Shown here in pieces: positions 35,701 to 47,700 of a stretch of 64,000 nucleotides of DNA. The translations under genes and the position numbers were made by a program. The stretch is from Chrysemys picta bellii (Eukaryota), in assembly GCF_011386835.1 (NCBI RefSeq), contig NC_088812.1:2046001-2110000 (forward strand). Reading direction: 5' to 3'. Numbering within the stretch: position 1 is the stretch's first letter; each line of letters begins with the position of its first letter. The notes below the pieces were generated by a model. It made no database searches. It saw only the letters and a program-made list of their open reading frames with translations, and had not been told where the DNA came from.

Positions 35701-38700
35701 CCTCCTGCATTATTTCTTGCATTTTTATCCCACTCCCACCTGCAAAAACCTTAGATCCCACAAGAGAAACTGATTCCCTCCATGCTACTAAAAACAAAAA
35801 AAACCTCAAAACAATTCCATAAGTGTCTTTTTCTCTGAAAAAATGAAATTCAGACCATTTTTACCATTAAAAGAATAAAACAAATCTTTAACCATTTAGA
35901 GTTTTCTGTCACATTACTGCAATCTGGGGTGTGGGGGGTTTTTTTTTGCCCACCCAATTGCATCTGCAACAAAGTAAATTTTACCAGTTCCTGCTATTAT
36001 GGCAACAGGTCCTGCGGGACCTGCAGGATTCCAGTCCTGCTGCAGGGCTCTGTTTGCCAGGATCAGTATCTTGTAGCTATCCCAGCAAAACCTTTTCTGG
36101 TAGTGATCAGGCTTCAGTCGGCTTCTCAGTGAACAGGTGTCCACAACACACATCACCGGAGTTCCTCACCAAAGGGGTAAAATATTGAGTGGGCCATGGA
36201 AACTGAGCTGTCCTCTGCCCCAAGGAAGAGTCCCTCCAGGTCACTTGAGAATTGCAGTTCTTCCGGGCAGGGATAGGCTTCTGTGAATTGTACAGCAGCA
36301 AGCTCACTGTCGGCACTTAGCAATAATTACTAGTAGTAGTGGATGACACACATTGCTCGGGGCATTGTAGGGACTCTTGCCTTGCTGTTGGACTACCGTG
36401 GCTGTACTCGATTTGGCTAGGTAGAGAACTTTGACCTTCAGTGCTGTCAATCTTATGAACACTATAAAAATGACGTATCTGCCAATACCCAAGCACAGGA
36501 TTTTCTCTGTCCTGCAACAGCTGAGCACATCACCATGTCCTCTACTGTCTTCAGGTGCCTGTGGTGGTGTCAGCTCCTGTTGAACAGAATCCTAAACTTG
36601 AGTTGCAGCAGGTAAATAAACAAGGGAGCTACTTCTAAAAATCAGTTGAAAACCGACGTTAATGCAGTGTTAAGGTTGTGAATTTAAATGGGAAATACAA
36701 AATATCATCTGGTCGTCTTAATTCTATCCTATTGGATCTTAACTGTATACATTAATCTAACCAGTAATCGAAATGATGCATATTTGTAGGTACCAATTAT
36801 TAGCAAATCTACTCATTACACATTTGTCTTGTGTGCACAAATTCAGATTCTCATAAAAACACTAACTATTGCAATGCTTGACTTCTTAATTAAAATTTGC
36901 AACCTTCATGTTGTATTAACAATTTTTTTGCATTTAATTTCCTAAGTTTAATGAAAGAGGGAAATCTGTCTGAGTTGTGTACACTCATGTTAATGCAAAA
37001 TTAATGCATGCGCACACCTAAGAGACACGAGTGTATACTGATGCTTCCAGAGAGCTAGCTGGAGTGTGAGAAATTTGAACTGAGCGTGAGCTAACAGTTC
37101 TACATACAAGAAACACTGTTGTGACCCCGCGTTCTACCTGAGAGGTAGGAATGGGACAAAGTCTGTCTCAACTGGCGTTCAAAAGTGGACTCTTAGCTAG
37201 TGAAATTTGCTGCTGCACATTCTACTTCCACACTCTAACTCCAAATAATTTGAATGTGGTATAGTTCTCTTGACCAAGAGTTCTGGGTCTGGTAGGTATA
37301 AAGATTGAAGGTACTGCCACTTTTGAGTTAAATCAGTGAACAGAAACATAGGAAGGGACATTATAATGTATTTAATAAGGTTTTTTGCATAAAAATCGCA
37401 TTTTGGCTGAAATAAAGTACAAATCTTTCAGCCCCAGAAAATGTTTTTCAGGAAGTTAAGCACACAAGTTATTAGTATTTAGTAGCTGCAATTTTTCAGC
37501 TTTAATAGTGTTTGCTACATGCAAATACTATAATAAATGTCATTAACTCTATATATAGACCTAGGTTAGAGCAATTTTTTTTTAGTGCTGTAATAACATT
37601 CTAGCCCTCGCTTAGCTTAAGCGTGGTTGTTTAATGTAGTCCTCTGAACGGTGTAGTCTAGCCTAGGACTTTTTAAATGGCAGTGCAGTTATTGTGTGGT
37701 ATATTTAATGGACTGAAGGTCCTAGGGCTGGAGAATTTTGTTTTTGCTAATCCAGTTGCTTTTACTTTCCCCATTGTTGCTAATTTCTGGAAGGATTTTC
37801 CCTTTGGTAGTAACTGTACAATGCCAACTGCTTTCTTTTCAGATAGCGGCTAAAATTGGGGGTGATGCAGCTACCACGGTGAACAACAACACTCCAGACT
37901 TTGGGTTTGGGGGTCAGAAGAGGCAACTGGAAGATGGAGGTACTGCAGGGTGTTCGTTGTCTATATTTGAACAGCACCATTATGTGATGAGGACTGGGCC
38001 TTGGTGATACTTAGCACTTATATAGTGCTTTTGTCTGTAGAGCTTGGGGGGGGCTTTTCCGTATATCCCTATTGGACAGCTAGCACAGATGAGACGTGAC
38101 TTGCACAAGCTCTCACACAGCCACTGGCCGAGCTGGGAGTAACCCCAGTGTCTCTGCACTCTTAGTCGAGTACCCTCTCTACCTGAATCCATGGCCATCT
38201 CTGATTCCCACACCTGTAGAAGTGCCAGGGCCTTTCCGCATGGGTGAAAGATTCCTGGGTGTTTAAGCACAGGATGGACAGTACTACAGAAATGCTAGTT
38301 GTCATAGGTGCTTGGATTTAGATTAATTTTTATTTTGATAAGTTTCCATTGTTTAAATGTTCTGATGGTTTCCTTAATGCGGATGTGCATAGCTCACATC
38401 TAGCCCATCATGCTTCAAGAGTTGGTCTCCTATGTCACACGTCAGCATGTGGAGACGGGAGGCCACCTGTAAGGACTGGAAAGAGGTTGGCTTGCATCTA
38501 ATCTACTCCCTTCTCTCTTAAACAGACCAGCCAGAGAGCAAGAAACTGGCTGCTCAAGGTGACTGTAAGTACAACTTACATTAAAAGGGATGGGAAAAAT
38601 AACTTTATATGCCTGAGGAGGTGCTGTTAACCACATACAAAACCCTCTGATAGCTGTTGCTCACCTGAAGTGGGTGTTTCATGTTGAGGCTGAGAAAATA

Positions 38701-41700
38701 AGAGTGGATTGGGTGAAAGGAAGGGGAAGATTTGGGTTAGAAATATGTAGGAACCTGTTTTTAGCCTGCTGGGATTTTTATCTTCCATAGACTGCCTGGA
38801 TAGTGACTGATTTGTTGTTGGCTTTGTGGCATTGTTCTGCATTCTGGTATGTGAATTCATAACCCAAAACCTCTCGTGGTTTTCCTTTTCAGCAATGTCC
38901 GCTCAACTTGGACCGATCCATCCTCCTCCCAGGTAAACTCTACCTTCACCCTTCTCCCCCACCCCAAAGTCACAAGGCTTGTGAATTTGAACGGAACGTT
39001 CAGAACCAGATTAGCGACACCTCTTGTACTTCAGACCTCTGCAGGAGGGGCGACCGTGTGATGCCCCAAAACTTAACAAGCTGCTTTGCTCAGATGTGAG
39101 GCTTGCACTTTGAGTCGTGTGACATGCCATTGGGGAGCCGGGTCACTCCTGGCATGAGTGCCGTGTTGGTAGTGAGGGACGTGCTTCTTGGCCACCTGCG
39201 CGGTATTTCTAGCTCTCGTGCAGCCTTTGCTTTAGGTTTCATAGCTTTGGCTTCTGTAAAACCAGAGCACTGTGTGCAAATGCTGATACAGTGGACTCCA
39301 GGACACGTAACTAGTTTGCCATGCGTAACCCTGAGACTCGAGCATCCCCTAGACTAGTGCCAATAGCTCAGTCCCCTTCCAATCGGTCTGTCCTCCCAGG
39401 AGAAGGAAAGTCCTTTTTTCTTTTGTTTCTGATCGATGCAGGTGACTATCGGTTCCTTTTTTGTTACCCTCCCACTCCTCACTTTAAGCCGCTGACCGTT
39501 TCCCTTTGCAGGTCTACAGTGACTGAAGAGTACAGAGTACCTGATGGCATGGTGGGACTCAGTGAGTATTAGACAGGGAGGGAGCAGCCTGCCGTTGCTT
39601 TAGAGAAAGGCTTTCACTGTTACTTTTACTCCCAAATACCTTCCTGGCTTCTCAGTGCCAGTTTCTGAGCTTTTTGCCGAAAAGCTCAGTTGTTCTTGGC
39701 TCTTTGCTCTGATCCCCTTCACTGTGTTAGGTGACAGCTATCCGAGATCTGACTAGCACTTGAGTCTTATCCTGACACTCTGGCAACTCTGGTGTGGCAC
39801 TTGTGCCGGCCAGGAGAGAGGCAGAGTGGAGCATTGTTTTATTGAATGCACAGGCTCGGACTCCCTGCTTTAAATGGTAGGGATTAGATACTGAGGGCAA
39901 CGTCCTAGCTGGGTGTGTTGTCACCGTGGTTGTTGGCACTTCCATTGTGCACTGAGATTGTAGTCTGTGGGCAGTGGCATGGATTCACAGGAGTGTTGTG
40001 AAGGGCTCCGTGTTCCTCTCCCAGGGAAGAGGGGACTTTCAGTCTTGTCTGGCTGATCTGAGAAGCGGTGACTGGCTCTGAAGGGAGTCCACGCTAGACC
40101 TTTGCCAGAAGGAATGGTGGCTGTGACACTGGCTTCAGCGTGATGCTAAGCAGGAGAAAACTGGGCTCCGTTGCATACAAGATCTGAGCCCAGGAAACAG
40201 TTGGTTTACAAGATGCGGTTTCAATTGGCTTGGCTTTCTGAGCTTTTTGAGGCTAGTGAGGAGTTGGCTGAGTTTGGGGGCACCAAACTCCCCTTCCGAG
40301 GCTGATTCCTTTAGGCTGCCCAGGCCCTGTGGTGAACAAGGCCCTTCTGAGAGTCTTGTTTAACTAGATTTAATATTTGAATCGGTTGCTTGTCTTCCCC
40401 CTTCTGATGCCCATAGACTCGCATGGGGCACTGGACTTGAGCCCTGCATTCTGTTCGCTGCTGCTTCAGTTTCCCCTTCTCTAGAAAGGAGATAATGAAA
40501 CTCACTTGCCTTTGTAGAGTGCTTGGAGATTCATGGCTGAAAATTGCCACATGTTAGTAGCTGTGAGAGCGAAGATCATCCTAGAACCTGCAGTGTGGGG
40601 GGTGGGGCCTCCACTACATTATATTTGAACATTATTTTTACCATTCCTCCAGTAGAATGAAAGGCTTCTATCTTCTGCATGGAGATAGATGGATATTGGA
40701 TTGTTTTCTTTTTAAAGTGGTTGCAGATTAATAGACCATAACTGAATCACATGAAGCAGTTTGCTTTGAGACCTGTCTGCTAGTGACATTTCCTTTCTCT
40801 GTAGCAAGCTGGTGTTCCTTAGCCGTTCTTCTCCTTTTCTTTCTTTTTCCAGTTATAGGCAGAGGAGGTGAACAGATCAACAAAATCCAGCAAGACTCTG
40901 GCTGCAAAGTACAGATATCGCCAGGTATGGACTGGTGCAAGAACTCTGCAGAGCGCTCATGAATGCCCAGCTAGACTTGTCTTCCTGGGCCCCTTCATTT
41001 GAGGTGTAAATTTATACCGGTGAACATAATTACCCCTGTGAGCAATGGATGTGGTAGAGTCTCCATCTAATGTCTGTAGTATGTAGGGCTCTGTGGCAAT
41101 TCCTGGGTGAAGTTCTATACAGCTCACGTTATGCAAGTCAGACTAAATGATCATAATGGTCCTTTCAGGCCTTAAATCTCTGAATCAAAGAATGCCCCTA
41201 GCATCAAGCGTTCCTGAGAAATGTTCGAATGTGTTTCCGGGGGTGTATGTGGTTTAATAGTGTGTTAGACCGCTCTGGCCATGTCTTCCCTGGGATGCAG
41301 TGAGTTCGCTCATCTATACAATATTGCCTCGCTACTGTAGTGACATCCTATGAATACCAGGGGTCATTGATAGAACATGGCAGAGGCCATCAGCACCAGC
41401 AAGTATAACGGAACTTTGAGCCACATGGCACAGTGTCTCTCTGCTTAGAGAACTCCACCACAGAGCATTCCCCCTTCAGATCTCTGCCTAGTTATTCCAG
41501 CTCCTTAATTGTGCCATGGGCACGTTGTTTTCTGAAACCTGTTGCCCAGGCAGAGCTGACTTAGTTTGTAGAGGGAGAAAGCATAAGCACATCTGTAGCG
41601 GTTCCTGTGGGACCCTCCAGACGAAATGCCCTAGGAGCATGTCCTTTAACACTTTCTTCTCCTGCAGACAGTGGCGGATTACCAGAGCGGAGCGTCTCTC

Positions 41701-44700
41701 TGACTGGATCCCCAGAATCTGTCCAGTGAGTACACCCTTTATTCCACTATGGGTCCTGGTGCAGATTGGAATCACCTGTCTGTTGGGCAGGGACTTGTTT
41801 CTGAACTTTAAGCTCAAATCTTCAGAACTTCCTTTGTTTGCGCTGCCTCTCCTCCCTCACGGACAAACCACTGCCAACGGCTCTCGCTGTCACCTGCCTT
41901 CTGCTGTGTTGTCCTGGGGGTTCTGCTGCTGTTTGGTGGTTTTCTTCTTGGGAACTTTCCCTGTCTTCAGGGAGGACAAGGGCCTTATAGAGTTAGTGGG
42001 AAGAGAGACACCCTGAAAAAAATTCATAACCCTTCCCTTCCCCTTTCCAAAAAGTGAAATTCTGAGTGGGAGGTTTGCAAGCATAGGGTCTCCTGCCCCA
42101 TCATTAGAAGGGACTGTTAGCCTCTTGCCTTGAGCTGGGCAGTTGACAGCGTTCGGCCATAGGACGCTGCCGGTCTGGGGTTCTGGCCACAGGCCCCGCT
42201 CAGCCTGCTGCCGGCCTAGGTGAACAGAACCCCAGACCAGCAGCGGGCTGAGCGGGCCGGGGGCGTAAGATCAACATTTTAATTTAATTTTAAATGAAGC
42301 TTCTTAAACATTTTGAAAACCTTGTTTATTTTACAATACAACAATAGTTTAGTTATATAGTCTATAGACTTATAGAGAACATTAAAATGTATTACCGGCA
42401 CGTGAAACCTTAAATTAAAGTGACTAAATGAAGACTCGGCCCAGCACTTCGGAAAGGTTGCCGACCCCTGGTTTATAATCATGGAGTTAGGGTGTGGCAA
42501 TTGGGCCTGGCTTCTTGGCAAGGAATTGCTATCCTTGACTGAACAAACCCCTTCTGGAATGCGCAGGGCTAGACAGAAACCTGCGCAGTGTTATCTGGGC
42601 TGTCCAAGTCTTGGGACTTGGCATGGTGCGATGGGAGCTCACGGAGGGAGGCATCCTGGAAGGGAGCTGGGTGGGCCACTGCAGTACCAGGGCCTGGCCT
42701 GTGTATTGCATTATTAGTCTGAGGTGTACGAAGGGCTGATAGGTGCGCACACCCTCTCTGCTCACCACCATTGCTGGCTTTTTCTTTCCCCTCGCAGGAA
42801 GGCAAAAATGATGCTGGATGATATCGTGTCGCGGGGTCGTGGGGGGCCACCTGGCCAGTTCCACGACAACGCCAACGGGCAGAACGGCACAGTGCAGGAA
42901 ATCATGATCCCGGCTGGGAAGGCAGGGCTGGTGATCGGCAAAGGGGGAGAGACCATTAAACAGTTACAGGTAAGGGCTGGGAGCCTCCCAGGCTGAGGGG
43001 CAGGTGGACAGAGAACTCCTTGTGGTTAGAGCAGGGGGCAGTGCACCAAAGCTGCCCCTTTTCCCCTCACTTAGCAATTTCCTCCTGTCTCGTTAGCTCT
43101 CCCCGCATTGCGGCTCAGCCCCCTCTAGCAAGGTACCTTTGGTGGCCTCTTCATCTCGAGCATTGAAAGGCTTGTGCTCTAGGGCCAGTCTGATTCCTTC
43201 CGAAATTCTGGTCATTCACTAATGTGGGGTGTCCAGCTGTGCCCTGTTAGCTCAGGTGGGGTCCCTGGTCATCTCTTCCTCAGGAGACTCCGGAAAGGCC
43301 ATATAATGCCCCTAAGGCCCTGTCTATGCAAGAGGGGTTATGTTGGTGTTGCTCCACCACTCTAAGCTGGGCTTGGCACCCATCTAATTTACCAGAGTAA
43401 GTCGCTCTTGCAAGCCCCAGTTTGTACTGGAGCAACCCTGTGCAGACTTCCCTAGTCTAGATAAACCCCCAGGCAGTCTTTCTTAGCTGCCTCCCTGGCA
43501 TCTCTGGAAAAGTGCAGCAGGACCAGAGCGACACTGAGTCACACATGCATCCACCAGGGCACGGGGAATCCTGCCTAAGTCGGCACGTGTTCAGAAGGCT
43601 TCCCCACTGGAAGGGCTAGGAGTGTAACTCAATAGAAGCCTAAAACCCCGGAGATCCCAAAATCTACAGGTAGGGGCTTGTGCCCTCGGCAGTGATGGTT
43701 CCAGGGCTGGTCTCCACTGCCAAGTGCCGTGTCTGTGATGGAACCAGGGCTCACGACACGAGCTGAATTGTTGGGTGAGTCTCTTGAGACCAGGGTGAAG
43801 CTCCTGGAGTTGGTTAGTGGGGACATCTGGTCCCTTCTCTTTCCCCTGTCAGAGCTCAGGTCAGCGTAGGCTGTGGCAGGTGCGTAGCATGCTGGAGAGC
43901 CGCTGGAGAGTTCCAGCTATCGACTTGCCCAACCCCTGGCTGATTTCTTCCAATCTCCTCCACCCCAATGCAGGAGCGAGCTGGAGTGAAAATGATTTTA
44001 ATTCAAGACGGTTCCCAAAACACCAATGTAGACAAGCCTCTTCGGATAATCGGAGACCCCTACAAAGTCCAGGTAGGTCCGGCTGGCTCACTCTAGTGGG
44101 AGTGTGTGTATGTAACTATCTGTGTGGAGAGCGAGGGCAGGAGGTTGACTGACTGCACTGTTGCCCGATTTCCCCGTGGAGAAGGCTTGTTGTGGATGGT
44201 ATAAGGTGGTTCTCGTTACGTGTTTCCTTTATTGCAGCGGCTCTCAACCTTTCAGACTATTGTACCCCTTTCAGGAGGCTGATTTGTCTTGCGTACCCCA
44301 AGTTTCACCTCACTTAACTGCTTGCTTACAAAATCAGAGAGAAAAATACAAAAGTATCACTGCCCGCAATTACTGAACAATTGGCTACGGTTTCCTTTTA
44401 CAGTAGAATTATGAAATAAATCAATTGGAATATAAATATTGTACTTGCGTTTCAGTGTATAGTCTATAGAGCAGGGTAAACAAGTCCTTGTCTGTATGAA
44501 ATGTTAGTTTGTTCTGACTTGGCTGGTGCTTTTTCTGTAGCCTGTTGTAAAACAGGCAAATCTCTAGATGAGTTGATGTATCCCCTGGAGGACCTCGTGT
44601 ACCCCTGGTTGAGAACCTCTGCTTTAGTGGTCAGTGGTTGCGTCTGACGAAGTGGGTATTCATCCACGAAAGCTTATGCTCCAATACATCTGTTAGTCTA

Positions 44701-47700
44701 TAAAGTGCCACAGGACTCTGTTGCTTTTTAGTGGTCAGTGGTTACCTGCCTTAGGGCCATTCTGAAATGAACTACTTTGGCTCAAACCTTATAAATATCC
44801 TAGTGAGTCTCTTTGATCTCTCCAGAATGCTTTACGCATTCAGAATTGCTTCACACACACATCTCCCCCAGTGAAACCACTCTGGGTCCAACAGTACAAC
44901 TTTGTTTAGGACAGGAAGTGAATACTGAATAGTGTCTGCTTGAGAGGAAGGTTGGGCTTGTGGTTAAAGCACCAGGGTAGGAGTCTGGAGACTTGGTTTC
45001 TAGTCCCAACTCTGCCTCTCCACTTGCTGTGACACAGCGATGGACGCCTTGCGAGAACATGGACAAGTTGTATTTTCTATTTCCCCAAAACTACACTTAA
45101 ATGGGGTGTGGAAATGAATTTGATGTAAACTTCGGAGCTCCTCAGGTGGTGAGCACGGTACAGGTATAAACGTGTACTGACATTATTAAATTAAAGCAGG
45201 ATGCCTGGGTTGTAGCAGACACTGTATATCCTTGGGCAGTTTGACCTCTGTCTGCTTATACCTCCGTCAAAGGAGGCTGAATATACCTGCCACACAGCTG
45301 GAGTGGATGTTCTGCTAGTTCTAAATCCCTGAGATCCTCTGTGAACAAGTGCAAAGCAGGCGCTATGCTGCAGTGGCCTAATAGTACCTGCATGGCTAGT
45401 GAGAAAGAACGGAGGGCAAATTTGGGAATTGCCCAGCCGTGGCCAGGAGACAGGGAACAGCTGTGTGTGCCTGAACTATCCAACATGGCTGGGGGTGTGC
45501 GTGTCACTCGTGGCTCTTCGCTGGAGCGGCATTGTTCCCAGCCCTCGGTAGCTGCTGTGGGACCACTGGGATCCTTACCGGGACCACTGGGATTAAAGTT
45601 CCGTAAGCTAGCTAATGGTCCCCATGTATTTAAAGAAGGAATTCTTGGCTGGGTGCCCCATGGCCCATGCGAGCCTCAGTCAGTACTGCTTACTCTGGGA
45701 GCCAGGCCTGCAGCGTGGGGGTCACTGGTTCCCTGGGCTCACGTTGCTGTTTCTTGTTCGCAGCAAGCATGCGAGATGGTGATGGACATCCTGCGAGAAC
45801 GTGACCAGGGAGGCTTTGGTGACCGAAACGAATACGGTTCCAGGATCGGTGGAGGAATAGATGTAAGACCGATTTAGCACATTAGTTTAGGGGAAAGTCT
45901 GGTTCTGTCAAGGGAGGCTGTTACATAGTCTGACAGCAGGGGGCAGCAGTAACCAAACAAAACCTTGGGCCTGGTGTCCTAGGAAATTACTTCCTAGGTC
46001 TTAGCCGTGTTTCCTGTTCTCCAGTTAATTTTGCTCTTGGCCCTTGCTCAGGTCCCTGTGCCCAGGCATTCTGTCGGGGTGGTGATTGGCCGTAGCGGAG
46101 AGATGATTAAGAAAATACAAAATGATGCTGGAGTTCGGATACAGTTCAAGCAAGGTCAGAAGCCTAAATAGCTCTCCCCTTCCCCTTCCCCAGAGAATCC
46201 TGCCAAACCCATCACCTGCATGGCTAAGCGCCACGATTCTTATCTGCCAAAAACTCCGCCTGGGTGGTTCTGCGCACAAGTTCCCTTGGGTGTCGATATT
46301 GTAACTTGCATCATTCAGTGATCCCTTCAGAGTACCTCATTCATATCCGCACCATACTAGACTTTTTTGGGGGGCAGGGAGGGTATTTTTCCTGAAAACC
46401 AATAAGACAGATTGTTTTCCTTGGAAAAAATCTCTAGAATTGCCTATCCAGTCTCTCGCCTGTGGGTTAAGGGGTCAGGAAGGAATTGTCTCCCCCCCCC
46501 ACCCCCCCATGAGTGCAAATAGCCCAGTGCATTATCCAAAGTGGGATGGGATGGTGGCCACCTTCTGAAGCAGCAGGTATCAGCCACTTCCAGAGGCGGA
46601 TAACCTGGCTTAGGGAGCCAGTGGTTGCCCTTGAGTGGCAAATCCTGTGCTCTGAGCAGTTTAATGGAGAGAACTTTTATGCATAGAGCAGATTTCACTC
46701 AAGAGGTTAACTTCCCACATAGCTTAAACATACTACTTTAGCCATCTGCTTCTTCAGGCTGATTGGACATGTCACCTGCCCTTCCACCCACTGATCCTGT
46801 GTTAATGAAATGGGCACCATGCCTGCGTAAAAGGCAGACGAAGCCCATTTTAGCATGGGCTCGTCTGCTGCTAATGCCAAGTGTTCTGGGCCTGGCGCTT
46901 GTCCAGAGCCCTTGTCTCGAGGAGTCGGGCACGGCAATGGGGACCTCGCTTTGTTAAGCTGACTCCTGTGCTTGTTTCAGATGATGGGACAGGTCCTGAG
47001 AAGATCGCCCATATTATGGGGCCCCCAGACAGGTGCGAGCATGCTGCCCGGATTATAAACGACCTCCTGCAGAGCCTTCGGGTAGGTAACACTGGGGTGC
47101 CCTAGGAGGGGCTGACCCCACCCAGTGGGTTCCTTAGTTGGTGAATAGAGTGATTCAGGGAGACGGTCTCAGAACGAGACCCACCATGGGACAGGTTACC
47201 CTGCTGCTGTGGGGTTCTTCCACCTTCCTCCAAAACCTTGGGGGTTGCGTCTGCTGGGATACTGGGCTAGGCTGGCCTCAGGTCTGATCCAGTCTGGCTG
47301 TCCGGGTGTTCCTTTAACCAACACAGGAGTCTTAAAAAGAGAACCAGTGCCGCCACTTTTCTGCTGTGTGATGTATAAGGGGGCCTGAGGAGTCAAATTC
47401 CTTCCTACTTATTTCTAGATTTAAAAACCAATCAGGACTGTGTGGTCTTCCCTGGTTTTGGCAGACCCGTGGGAGATAGCAGCTCTGTTTATTGCAAGCT
47501 CTTAACACTTTAATTGAAAAGCTGAGTGTTGCAAATTAGGGTTCTTTTTAATCAAAATGTTAATTAGGTGTTAACAGAAACACTTACATGGTGACTCAGG
47601 GCATGACCACAGTAGGGGAGCTACAGTGTCACAGGTGTAGCGTCTTAGTGTAGACGCTTCCTACAGTGACCGTTTCTGTGGCTGTACGTAATCCACCTCT

